From assembly GCF_021869535.1 (NCBI RefSeq), contig NW_026262745.1, positions 9,238,001 to 9,302,000 of the forward strand: DNA of 64,000 bases. Direction: 5' to 3'. The position numbers and the translations under genes are program-made. The DNA comes from Mytilus californianus. Lineage: Eukaryota. The first letter of the stretch is position 1. Each line of letters begins with the position of its first letter. The notes under the pieces are model-generated. The model did not search any database, was not told the DNA's origin, and saw only the letters and a list, made by a program, of their open reading frames with translations. Positions 38,355 to 50,613 of this stretch are shown in pieces.

Positions 38355-39303
38355 GTATGTATTCTAGAATTACTAATAACTTATCCTAAATAATAAGATA
38401 ACACATTCGCTGAAGCTATAGTTTTACGGGTTATTATACCCGCGCTCTGAAAGGATCGGGGGTTTACTAGCTTACGTCTTTCCGGTATTCGGTGCGCGTT
38501 TCCGTCCATAAAAGTTTGGTCGTTTTTTGTCAGGAACTATAAATCAGATTTTCCTGAAATTTGGTATTAAGCCTGATGTGAACTTGCTAAACTGTGTGAT
38601 GCATTTCGAGATTCATCGCTCATCCACTTTGTGTTAAAAGATTATTTGTATATTCTTACACATATGTTGTCGCATTTTTTTTCTTCAGAAACTACAAATC
38701 AAGGCTTTCTGAAATTTTGAATGAGCTTTATATGTGAGAGTGCTTTACTGTGTCACGCCTTCTCATGTTCATCGCTCATTAACTTCCTGTTTACCGAATA
38801 CTTATCCAATCTTACACATAATGGCCATGTATGAAATTCCGACTCAATTTTCTCGAAACTATAAATCAGAGCTTCCTTTTATTTGTTATCCAATCGGAGC
38901 ACCCTAAATTTGTAACCAACATTCATATAAGCATGCGTATGATGCGTTTTCAAAGCCATTGCTACATATATGGTTAATGCATAGACTTTTTTCAAGCCTC
39001 ACTCATAACGATGCCTTGTTTGTAGGTCTTCCCTTTTTAAAAAATACAGCTGGATCCGCATGTTCAAGCTGTTTAACTAAACAATATATAGGAATTATAT
39101 ATTTGACGCGTGATTCCTTTCATAGCTTTATTATATGCATGATAGACTTAAGGCTCATACTAGTTATATAAAAGGAATATCTATAGCATAGACTGAGAAA
39201 GGTACAGCCGAAATGATTGTCTTCTTAAGTGATGCAGATTGTTTGAGCATACAGAAACGAAACCATTTATGGTATTATGATCGACTCATGTCTTTGTTTT
39301 TAG

Positions 39304-40348
39304 GAGGAACAACAGATATTACAGTTCATGAGGTTACTGGGCCTAGCTCTGTTAAGGAGATACATCAAGCTTGTGGAGGTTATTGGGGTGGGATCACAGT
39401 CAACGGAGAGTTTTACAAGTTTCTAGTAAAAGTGTTTGGCGGTTTTGTCATTAATGATGATAAGAAGAACCATCCAGCCGAATACTTTGAGCTGATGCAC
39501 AATTTTGAACGTAACAAAACAAGTTTTAAGGAGGACACCGATAAAACAACTATTCGAATTCCCGTTGCATGGCTTGACGCATACGAGAAAAGTACAGATC
39601 AAAAGTTAAAAGACGTAATACCACAGATGGATTTTAATAACAAGCTTGAACTTTTAAATGACAAAATGAGAATCAAACACTCGCTTTTCCGCTCGTTCTT
39701 TGATTATTCAATAAGTAATGTTACAGATGAACTTGATAACTTATTCAAAAACAAGAGCTTTCTGGTGTTCATACATTATTAGCAGTAGGAGGGTTTTCAG
39801 AGTCGTCTGTTTTGATAGATGTTAAACAAAAACTGGGTAAAAAGGTAGACGTTATCGTTCCAAGAGACTCCGGATTGGCTGTTCTTAAAGGAGCAGTTAT
39901 GTTTGGATTTGAATCAGGAACAATTGAGTCACGTGTTTCTAGATATACATACAGTGTAGCAATGCAAAGGAACTATATAGATGGAGTTGACGATGTGTCA
40001 ATGCGTCCTACCCTTGGCAGTCTTATTGATGATGTTTTCGATATTCATGTTAGGAAAGGACAAGTAATAGAAATTGGACATTTTGAACCAGAGCATACCT
40101 TCTTCCCTGTTTTAGACGAACAAAAATGTGCTCACTTCGAATTCTTTGCATCAGAGGAAGAGGACCCTAAATATACAACAGAAAAGGGTTGTAATATGAT
40201 AGGGGTACTCAGTGTTGATCTAACACGAAAGTCTCCAAACGATGGAGGACTTTCATTGAAAATTAATGCTAGTGGCACTGAAATAGTAGCGATTGTAAAA
40301 GAAACGGCCACCGAAAATGAATACAGAGCTTACTTTTGTTTATTTTAA
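39304..40348 (+). pseudogene. HSPA12: Copy 3 terminal exon, -1 frameshift near 39750
   Basis: Split into ORFs 39213-39782 and 39812-40348; ends NEYRAYFCLF*. Confidence 0.88.
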
Positions 40349-41249
40349 CTGTTGTAAAATAATTCTTCCCAGAGTGCTCATTTTTTTCTATGAATCAAAA
40401 ACTTGGTACAATGTATATGGCTTTGAATCAGCAGTCAAGTATTTCAAAAAAAACCAACCAAATAACCACTTAAAGACATACATAGGGTAAAATTTGTATA
40501 CAAAACAAATAGATTAATGGGCTAAAATATAAATATTACAGAATAAGGGGGGGGGGCTAAAATCTGAAAGATAGAGAATAATGAGCAAAAAATAAAGAGA
40601 AAAGAGAAAAATGGACTTAATAATCAAAGATGTTAAAGAATAAAGAAATGAAGACCACATGCACCCCCCCCCCCCCCCCCCCCCCCCCCAAAAAAATGTA
40701 AAGATACACAGCTACGTTTGGTCGATATAGAGAAAGTTTGATCCGATGCCTCATAAAGAGAAGATTCCACGCTACATTATACCTTCGTTTTAAAATTATA
40801 CCGCACTTCATTCCATTAAGAAAAAAAAGTAAATCTTATTTAGAATTGACACATATACGGTATGGGTTTTTCTCATTGTTGAAGGCCGTACGGTTGCCTA
40901 TAATTACTTACACCCACTTTATTTGAACTTTGGTGGATATTTGTCTCATTGGCAATCATATCACATCTCCTTATTTTTATACATGTATACAGTTAACAAT
41001 AAAAATGAGCTTTAGAAAACTTTGAACTTTGAAGATCTTACTTGTTAGATTGTTTCCGGTCCCTGAATATACATGAAATATTTGCTACTTTACCTTATTT
41101 ACAAACAAATTCCTTTCAATCACAATTACATTGTTTCCCTTGTTTATATCCTGCTTTTACTTTGAAAACCATTAAAAAAACCTTCCACGCAATATTAACC
41201 CAAATATATTTCTCAAGTTCAAAACTTTCTGAAGTTTTTGAAAGAAATA

Positions 41250-41600
41250 GAATTGAGAATGGAAACGGTGAATGTGTCAAAGAGACAACAACCCGAATAA
41301 AGAGCAGAAAACAGCCCAAGGCCACCAATGGGTCTTTAACGCAGCGAGAAAATCTCGCATCCGAAAGTGGGCTTTAGCTGCCCCTAAACAATAATGTATA
41401 CTAGTTCAGCGAAATGGACGCCACACTAAACTCCAAAACATATAAATAAACCAAAATTCAAGAAACACGCAAGACTAACAAAGGCTAGATGTTCCTGACT
41501 TGGGACAGACGCAAACATGCGGCGGGGTTAAACATGTTTAGTGAGATCCCAACCGTCCCCTTATACCTACAGTCAACGTGAAATAAACAAACACATTTTA
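41250..41600 (+). repeat. Abundant interspersed repeat copy
   Basis: GAGAATGGAAACGG..AATGTGTCAAAGAGACAACAACCCG and CCTGACTTGGGACAG..GGCGGGGTTAAACATG motifs; inverted partial at 25840-26010. Confidence 0.6.
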
Positions 41601-42009
41601 TTTTTGTGAGTTATGGGTTGTTTGCTTATGAGAGAGCTGTCTACCTTTAGATTTTGACTCTGTTGGATAGTTGTCTCATTGGTAATCATATCGCATTTCC
41701 TTAATTTATATGATAAAACCAATGAAAAAGATCGACCATTAGAGGTGCACAGTTACTATCCATGATGGTCTGGATGGAGTTTACAGAATAGAGAATAATG
41801 GGCAAAAAATTTAAAGAATGGAGAAAAATGGCATAAAAATTAAAGAATACAGAAATGAAGGAACCCCATTTTAACCATCATCTATAGAAATGCTGATAAT
41901 TTGACAATGTTTTATTTTGCTATAACGACTAAAAAAAATCTTGTCAAGCAAGAATGTTAAAGATTTAATTATATCCGAGCATTTCAACGAACAATGATTT
42001 GAATATTTA

Positions 42010-42167
42010 AATGTTTTAATAATCAGGTCTTTAATAAATCTGGTACAATGATAACCGATATTTCTTATAGGATTAAACACCTTTTTAGAGGAAGGCGTTT
42101 AATCCTATAAGAAATATCGGTTATTTTTGTACCAGATTATTTAAAGACCTGATTATTAAAACGCATT
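42010..42167. repeat. Fold-back hairpin with ~68-bp arms
   Basis: TTTTAATAATCAGGTCTTT...GGATTAAACACCTT and AAGGCGTTTAATCC...ACCTGATTATTAAAA. Confidence 0.8.
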
Positions 42168-43376
42168 CAACTTGTTTACCAGGTTTATGTTTTCAGATTC
42201 TGTGGAAGAGTAGTGTAAAAGTTACAAAAATCATAACTGTCAACAGATTTAACTGCACGATTAATAGAATTATTTTTTTTATTTAAGGGCTTTACCTGAA
42301 TGTTTTATACTCAAAGAATAATTGACAACTGTGTTTTGATAGGCTTTATTGCAATTTTGAATAATTCAATATTTAATAGTAAAAGGTGCATTTGTTAGAT
42401 AAACAGTTGATTTAACAGTAGTACATTTTCTAGAAGAAGATATAAAGTGGGATTTAAAATGAGTTTTGTGTTTTAGCTAATCAATACATAGTCAGGACTT
42501 GATGCTCTGTGATGAAAATGTTCAGTCTCGATTTAATGGTTTTCCGTTATGTTTTTTTCTAATAAGTTTGTCGAAACAAAAGTTTTAGATTGTTTTGTTT
42601 CCTTTATATAAAATGTCAATGTAATACTTAGTCAAACAAAACACAACATTGTCAGCTGGCACCAAAGCATATTTATCAATTAAATCGTTTAGTTTATACC
42701 TTATTTTCATTCATGTTAGTAGCAGATATTAAGTTGATTATAATTCAACATCCTCAGTGGTGACTACTCAACGGAAAGTTAATTTTAAGTCCAGAACTTA
42801 TTTGATACATCAAATGTTACCCCTTCAGTCTGAATAGAAGCAAGTATCAAATTTAGACTTTTCTCGTGAGCTAAAAATAGTGAAGAAGGAACATCTGACT
42901 ACTAACCCTTCCAGATAAACTGAGATTTCCCTGGTTCATTATTGCGGTTTGTGTTACCAATCTTTAGTTTTCTGTGTAGTGATTTGTCTTTATAGCAATG
43001 GTGTTGACTGGCTTTTACGACGTGTCGTCAAGCGCCTTTACACATTGGTACTATTTCACAAAGGGGAACCAATTCTGAGTACAATTACTGACTTCGAATG
43101 ACGTCATTGGCTGTCAATTCTGTTAGTCGAGCAAAAAATAGAAAAAATAATTCATTACTTTACAATTATCAAATTCGACAGTAAAATATCTTTCCCCATT
43201 TTAAGTTTAAATCTGAATGATGTGCTAAATTTCTAAATTAGACGATATTCGGCATAGATTTTCCGGTTCAATAATGTGTGGATAGTCTTGTATTATGAGG
43301 TCTGCAGTCGTAAATTATACCGCAACTAATCATAATAAAAAGCCATATCGAACTGCTCATTCGCGTTATTGCGAGA

Positions 43377-43456
43377 GAAATAAAAACACCGGCTCAGAAA
43401 ATTATCTCGACTCTTCCTACAGTCGAGATAATTTTCTGAGCCGGTGTTTTTATTTC
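43377..43456. repeat. Perfect 36-bp inverted repeat with 8-nt loop
   Basis: GAAATAAAAACACCGGCTCAGAAAATTATCTCGACT-cttcctac-exact reverse complement. Confidence 0.9.
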
Positions 43457-43559
43457 GATAAATTTCGTAAGTTATACTGAAATGTGTATGACTTACGAAT
43501 ATTTTTACTCTTAAGATTTTTTGTGAAAAGAGCCGCTGTATTGCAGATACAAATTAATT

Positions 43560-44040
43560 CGTATTGGATACCAAATGACATAGAAGCTAACAACTATAGG
43601 TCACCGTACGGCCTTCAACAATGAGCAAAACCGATACCGCATAGTAAGCAATACAAGGTCCCGAAATGACAATTCAAGTTAAAAAAAACCAACGGCCTGA
43701 TTTATGTAAAACGAATAAAATATACAGCAACTGCCGACAACCACTGAATAGCAGGCTCCTGTCTTGGGACAGGCACAAATAGAATGTGGCGGGGTTAAAC
43801 ATGTTTGCTGGTGCCAAGCCCCCTTTACCCTGACTCTGGTGGAACAGTACAACATAAGAACAAACTATAAAACTTAGTTATAAAGGGCTTAACTCATCAG
43901 ATCGATCATAACAGAACACAAAAGACAAAAAGGACAGATCTGAGAGTACTCTCAGTTACTGACAGCTATAGTTTAAAGCCAATAACAACTAATAAAAATC
44001 ATGTCTCTAAAAAGACTAAAATATCAATCAATACACACAG
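43560..44040 (+). repeat. Abundant interspersed repeat copy
   Basis: Shares GGTCACCGTACGGCCTTCAACAATGAG, GGGACAGGCAC and GAGAGTACTC.CAGTTACTG blocks with 22820-23760. Confidence 0.6.
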
Positions 44041-45671
44041 ACTTTTTGTTATTATGTAATTAGTAATATAATGTAATAAGATATTACATATCAGGCTTGC
44101 TTTGTAACATTATTTACATAGATGTGCTATCATTCATCAACCAAAAATCAGTTATTGGCAATCAGCAAACAAGAAAAAGAATAAGAAAGTACAGCAATTC
44201 ATATTGTCAAACAAAAGCAGTTATAAGGTATCAATTTGATGACAAAAAATAGACGCAATTAAGATTTCATTCCAAATCCTTTACTGCAAAACATCTTCTG
44301 ACAGTGTTACTGCATCTGCAAAAAAATGACACTTTTTCCTGGTTTTTTTTCCAATCGAATTGCTCTTTTTATAACAAGAGATAAGATCAATATTTATTTA
44401 TTACTTATAAGTAAATAAAATGTAATCGTCTCATATCTTCGGGGCTGACACCTCTTAGATATGAGAAGCTTTAAACATCTATTACTTAGACCTTGACATC
44501 GACAGTGAGGCAGTTTGGGATCTTGAAATTTAAACCTCGCGAAAAAAATAGCATAACACTTTGTGTTGTAAGCTTATTTATATATATTCACACCGTTGTG
44601 ACACAGCTTTCAGTGACATGACGATGCCACGTTATCTGGAATGGAACGATGAGCTATACAATATGATAACGGCTTACCATTTGTAAAAACTTGATCGATT
44701 TCATAGAGGGGGTATGCTTTTTTTGAAATTTATCTGCGTTTTTTCCCTTAAATATGTTTATTCTATTGCTTTTGATTTACAGTTTGTTGTTATTCGTGTG
44801 GTATGAGTATACATGTGTACGCCTATGATCACAATGTTCGAAAGACGACAGTCATGGTAGGTATACAAAGTATATAATATTTAACAAAGAAACGACGTCA
44901 TTATTGTGATCAATACCGTATCTATTTTTCGATAAAATAGTGTAAACCACCTGAGTACGTGATTAACTATCATATATCTTTTTAAATCGTTTACCCAACC
45001 TATATATACTTATTTATTTAGCTTAAATCATTACGTAGTGTTATCTGTAGATTCTCGCGAGACTTCGTATCAAACAAGGAACCAATATTGAGCACTATTT
45101 TCGAAATAAACATTTAAAGGTTTTGACTATTTAAAAAGTATGAGAAAAGTTACAACAAATACAAGTAGGCTGGATTAAATAACAGTCGAAATCACAAAGG
45201 GAATTGATGGACATACAGTAAGACTATTCAATGTTATATGGGGACAAGACTTCTTTCTTACTTTTGGTTTTACTATCCTAATGCTATGGCTGTGTTTGGC
45301 TTTATCCAACATTTTCCTATTAGCATGGTGATGGCAGTTGCTTCGTTAAACTCCTTTGTAACTAGGTAGATGCATGTATGTGCTTCTATTACAGTAAGAA
45401 ATTAATTATAAATGGTAGCTATCATTTAAAGTCCCAAGTGTTTTATGTTCAGCAAATAGCTGTGTTAGATATCAAAGTTAACTGAACTTTAAATTTGAAG
45501 TTTTGGACAAAAGTATTGCGATAAACAGTAAAAATAGAAAACAAGTGTAGGTTATTCTTGAAGTTGTAACATACTTAGCACTTGCTAATATACATATGTT
45601 TTTTATTTCTAGAGCCATTTGAAAAATTCATCGTCAGAAACAGTTATCGATACAGAAAACAGTTATCCACT

Positions 45672-45686
45672 ATGGAGAGTGACAAG
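45672..45686 (+). CDS. HSPA12: HSPA12-like copy 4, first coding micro-exon (MESDK)
   Basis: Acceptor TTTCTAG 45611-12, ATG GAG AGT GAC AAG|GTAATA, phase 0 matches next exon. Confidence 0.65.
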
Positions 45687-46158
45687 GTAATAATGTTCTT
45701 TCCTTTTTCTTTCTTTTACTCAAACACGACTATAAAGATATGAATATGTTTGTTTATATCAAAGTAATAAATGTTCTACTTACTTTTAATAGTTATTCAA
45801 AGTAGTGCACAACCGTGGAAATACGTTGCTTACATTATAATTTTATAGTCAGGCTTTGGAAATAGGTTTTGTAATGATAGAAATGTCTGAAACGTTGTAA
45901 CTTTGGTTTCTCTGAAGCTAAATAATGCATTCAACTTACTAAATAAGCAGTGTCTGAAACTTTGTTACCTCTGTACCGTTAAATCACACGTGTTGTATTA
46001 AGGTATATAGGTAATATTTTCCAGAAACAAGTAACTGTGTTGGCTATCAGTTGGCTATCAGTTGAATTTAAAAATACAGCGTAATTTTATAATTAATAAT
46101 ATATACAAAATATACAAAAAAAGTCTTAATTTTGTCATCATTATTATTTTTTTTGCAG

Positions 46159-46464
46159 CTAGTAGATCATGGTAGAATTATCGTAGCAGCCATTGATTTT
46201 GGGACAACGTACTCCGGTTATGCTTACTGTAAGCATATTGATTATAGAAGGGAGCCTGTTAACCCTCCAATAATTTGCAATCCTTGGATTGGACCACAAA
46301 AGATGACTTCTAAAGCACCGACATGTGTACTTTTTAAACCAGACCAGAAGTTGCATAGCTTTGGTCACGAGGCTATAAGAAATTACTATGATAATCCTGA
46401 AAAATTACAATTACACAAATACTTCTACTTCGAGTATTTTAAGATGATGCTGTATGAACAAGAG
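46159..46464 (+). CDS. HSPA12: HSPA12-like copy 4, IDFGTT exon
   Basis: 306 nt, LVDHGRIIVAAIDFGTTYSGYAY...FEYFKMMLYEQE|GT. Confidence 0.92.
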
Positions 46465-47029
46465 GTATCTATCTGCCTTTATTCAATAATTCGTACTCTC
46501 GCATTTATTTTATTATAATTTGTATAAATAAATGCTGATGGTTGTCAATTGCGTTGGTAGGTATTGATGTTTGAATTTAACTGTTTTAGCTTGAAATTCA
46601 ACATATTAGCTACTCTAAGTGGTTATAATGGACATTTGAAAAATTAGACGTTTAGTTGAAATCAAGTCATATCATCTTAAACCTCTTTAATTTCACTTTA
46701 AAAAACACAAACTTGTTGTTATTTTTATTTACGTTAACGTGCTGATAATATTACTATAAATAAGTAGGTGTGAAACAAATATACACAAGTACTTTAAACG
46801 GTTTGAAAATTAATGTACGCTTATATATTCTTCACTTTTCTAAAAAACAGTTAACAGTACATCAACAATCAAAATTCACTTTAAAAAATGAAGGTCATTG
46901 TCAAGAGATCAATTCCACCTGTATATATAGATCGTAGAATAAGAGGGGAAAGAAACACTGGAGGTCGGAAATTCTCCCCATAATTTATTGCATCCCGCTC
47001 CAACTTCTCAGTATAACTTTTTTCTGCAG

Positions 47030-47272
47030 GATCTTACCACAGAAACGTATTTAGAGGAATCGATAAAAGTAAAAAATGTTGAAAAAAGAAAAAAAATGAA
47101 AGCAGTTGATGTTTTTGCAGCCGTAATCGGCTACTTTCGAGATCAGTTATTAGGTGATATTAAGGATACAAGTGAAAAATGGTTTACTGGAAAACACGTC
47201 CAGTGGGTTATCACTGTTCCTGCAATATGGGATTTGAGAGCAAAGCAGTTTATGAGAGATGCTGCTAAAAAG
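47030..47272 (+). CDS. HSPA12: HSPA12-like copy 4, TVPA exon
   Basis: 243 nt, CTGCAG/GTAAGA, QWVITVPAIWDLRAKQFMRDAAKK. Confidence 0.92.
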
Positions 47273-47456
47273 GTAAGAAGTTTTCCAGTATTTTTTTCAG
47301 TTATTTAGACCAAGAAGGTATATATATATCCAGATAGATATTTATTATATTTCAATGGATATGCAAGACTGGCATATTCCTTAAATGTATAACTACATAT
47401 ACTTACGTATTTTTCTTTTAAAACATTTCCAATTTTGATCGATTTTTTCCCCTCAG

Positions 47457-47616
47457 GCAGAAATATCTCACGACCAGCTCATATTAGCACTGGAACCAGA
47501 AGCAGCTTCTATTCACTGTCGAAGGGTACCAGTTGGTGTTCAAACAGAAGGTGATGGAAGGAAAATTATTGCAGCTATGGCTCGAGGTTCAAAGTTCATA
47601 GTGCTTGACCAAGGAG
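47457..47616 (+). CDS. HSPA12: HSPA12-like copy 4, EPEAAS exon
   Basis: 160 nt, AEISHDQLILALEPEAAS...VLDQGG. Confidence 0.92.
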
Positions 47617-47798
47617 GTACAGTGTTTTAAAGTATTCAGCAAAATTAATTGAATGGATCCAATTTTCAAAAAATCTATAGGTTAAATAATTTCATATTCA
47701 ATGATAAGATATCAGTTGTTTTTCTCGATAAAGTTTTACCAAAAGTCTCAATTTTTGAATCGATAATTTTTTTTAAATACAATAATTGTAATTTCTAG

Positions 47799-48880
47799 GT
47801 GGAACAACTGATATTGCTGTACATGAAGTTACAGGGTTGAACTCGCTCAAAGAAGTTCACCAGGCTTGTGGGGGACATTGGGGAGGAATCACAGTTAATA
47901 AACAGTTTTATTGCTTTCTGGAAGAGATATTTGGTGAGAAAGTTATTAATAGCATCAAAGAAACAAATCCGTCTGCATTCTATGGATTTCTACGTCACTT
48001 TGAAGACGCAAAGACATCATTCAAAATAGAAAATCAAAAGGATCCGGAAGGACAAGTAACACTTCGTATTCCACTTGAGTGGATGGATACATTCAAGGCC
48101 ATTAGAACAAGCTCGTTAGGTGAAACTATAGAAAAGACGAATTTCAGAGATCGAGTTATCGTGAAAAGGGATAAAATGAGAATAAAGAACAATTTGTTTA
48201 GAACATTCTACGATTATTCTATTGAAAACGTTTTAAAAGAACTGGAGACATTATTGGCGAAAAAAGAATTAAGGGACGTTAAAACGTTGTTGGTTGTGGG
48301 TGGGCATTCAGCTTCTACAGTGCTAACTGAGGCTCTCAAAAAGAAATTTCCGAAGATTGGAATGGTCATTCCAAAAGACCCAGGATTAGCGGTATTAAAA
48401 GGTGCTGTATTGTTCGGGTTTGAACCTGGAACGATAACGAGTCGTGTCGCAAGATATACATATGGTATAGGAACAACACGAGCATTTCAGAAAGGAGATC
48501 CAGAATCAAAGAAAATTACTGTAGAAGGTGTTGAAAAGTGCAAAGATGTATTTAGTAAACATATAGAAATAGGCCAGATTCTCGAAGTCGGAGAGGATAA
48601 ATATCTCCAAGGACATGAATATGTACCCCTTTATAAAGATCAGAATAGCGTAGATTTTATTTTTTATGATACTTTGAGTAAATCACCAAAGTATGTCACA
48701 GATGACGGCTGTCGCCGTATTGGATCATTGCATTTTAAACTTACCGAGGGGATGACAGGAAAGCGAACAATGGCTTTGAAAATCAATAACAGTGGAACAG
48801 AACTTGTATCTCTTGTTACTGAAATAGCCACAAAAAAACAAAGTAAAGGTTACTTCCGGTTACCTTCCGAAACAAATTAG
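47799..48880 (+). CDS. HSPA12: HSPA12-like copy 4, terminal exon; spliced CDS 1806 nt = 601 aa, intact
   Basis: GTTDIAVHEV...GGHSAS...AVLKGAVLFG...GYFRLPSETN*; exon lengths sum to a multiple of 3. Confidence 0.93.
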
Positions 48881-49819
48881 ATTAAAGTCATTAAAGTAAT
48901 CAAATATAGTGCAGAACAGACCTCGAGCCTACAACCTTGGAAATATTGAGCTTACAATTTATGATGCCAACTACAGTTTAATAGTAACTATAAACAATAA
49001 ACATGTATGTATTTATGATGTTGGTAAACGACCAGAATTATTAACATATAGACAGCAATTTCAGTGACAATCCTGCATCTCTAAATCATTTAGTTTTCTC
49101 TGTGAATATACCCAGATTGAAAACAGTCAAGTACAAAATGGAACTTATTTCCCTTTCATTTGAGATTACATATTTTGCCTACCCGTGATAGACTTTTGTG
49201 TCTACTTTGTTCTATTTTTAATTGATTATGTTTTTGTTAAGTCTGCAAACCAATTCCCAACAACGTTTTTATCAGAATAAAGAATTTTATTATTCTAAAG
49301 CTAGCTTATTGTTTGAACATATAATTCATACAATCTCATATCTAATATAAATAAAATGAGATACAGTGTGTACGCCGATGAGACAAAAACATACCGACAA
49401 AATAAAAATACATCTATCTACAGGGCAACATAAAGTTATCAACAATGAACAAGTTTCTTCACAATGTGCCAAATTCTATAAAAGGTTATAAAGTTGTGAA
49501 TAAATTAAAACAGAAACTATCAAAGATGGCCTATCATCACTTAATTTTCCAAATAAACAAAAATACATTAAGATAATTATGACTGAAAACAAAACAAAAT
49601 TATGAGGTTTCTGACTTGGGAGAGGCACATTAGAATGTGGCAGGGTTAAACTAGTTTTTGAGGTCTTACCATTTAACTTACGGTCAACGGACAAAAAATG
49701 TACACAATAGAACATAAATCAAAAATAAGAACAGAAGAGACATTCAGTACTAGAAAGGCGTTTCATATCTAAGAAATGTATGACATTTTTGTATATTTTC
49801 ATCTATACAAATATAATCT

Positions 49820-50613
49820 TTCATTCTTTTATAATTACATTACATGCATGCCTTCATTCTTTTATAAATACATTACATGCATGCCTTCATTCTTTTATAA
49901 TTACATTACATGCATGCCTTCATTCTTTTATAATTACATTACATGCATACCTTCATTCTTTTATAATTACATTACATGCATGCCTTCATTCTTTTATAGT
50001 TACATTACATGCATGCCTTCATTCTTTTATAGTTACATTACATGCATGCCTTCATTCTTTTATAATTACATTACATGCATGCCTCAATCCTTTATAATTA
50101 CATTACATGCATGTCTTCATTCTTTTATGGTTACATTACATGCATGCCTTCATTCTTTTATAGTTACATTACATGCATGCCTTCATTCTTTTATAATTAC
50201 ATTACATGCATGCATTCATTCTTTTATAATTACATTACATGCATGCCTTCATTCTTTTATAATTACATTACATGCATGCCTTCATTCTTTTATAAATACA
50301 TTACGTGCATGCCTTCATTCTTCATGCATGCCTTCATTCTTCATGCATGCCTTCATTCTTTTATAGTTACATTACATGCATGCCTTCATTCTTTTATAGT
50401 TACATTACATGCATGCCTTCATTCTTTTATAATTACATTACATGCATGCCTTCATTCTTTTATAATTACATTACATGCATGCCTTCATTCTTTTATAATT
50501 ACATCACATGCATGCCTTCATTCTTTTATAATCACATTACATGCATGCCTTCATTCTTTTATAATTACATTACATGCATGCCTTCATTCTTTTATAATTA
50601 CATTACATGCATG
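49820..50613. repeat. 33-bp minisatellite, ~24 units (TTCATTCTTTTATAATTACATTACATGCATGCC)
   Basis: Direct tandem repetition; source of the CMPSFFYNYIT ORFs. Confidence 0.95.

Larger units (their letters stand above)
34703..40348 (+). pseudogene. HSPA12: HSPA12-like copy 3, disrupted; exons 34709-35011, 37108-37405, 38195-38354, 39304-40348
   Basis: Acceptor AG>AT at 37106-07, TGG>TGA at 37129-31, frameshift in A-run ~37300 (298 vs 300 nt), -1 in A-run ~39750 plus a 3-nt deletion (1045 vs 1049 nt). Confidence 0.85.

Noticed and set aside
40655-40690. Long C and G homopolymers (also ~11685 and ~57585) as G-quadruplex signals
   Set aside because: Lie within repeats, and homopolymer lengths are unreliable in assemblies.
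42427-42436. Heat-shock element (TTCtaGAA)
   Set aside because: Only two nGAAn units, far from a start; I found no convincing three-unit HSE by eye, so heat inducibility is not supported.
44480-44720. Possible third Penelope-like RT remnant (YLDLDIDSE)
   Set aside because: Only ~10 residues recognisable; too decayed to support.
45053-45062. TCTCGCGAGA palindrome upstream of copy 4 as a promoter element
   Set aside because: Matches a vertebrate promoter motif, but a single 10-mer without TSS data is not evidence.
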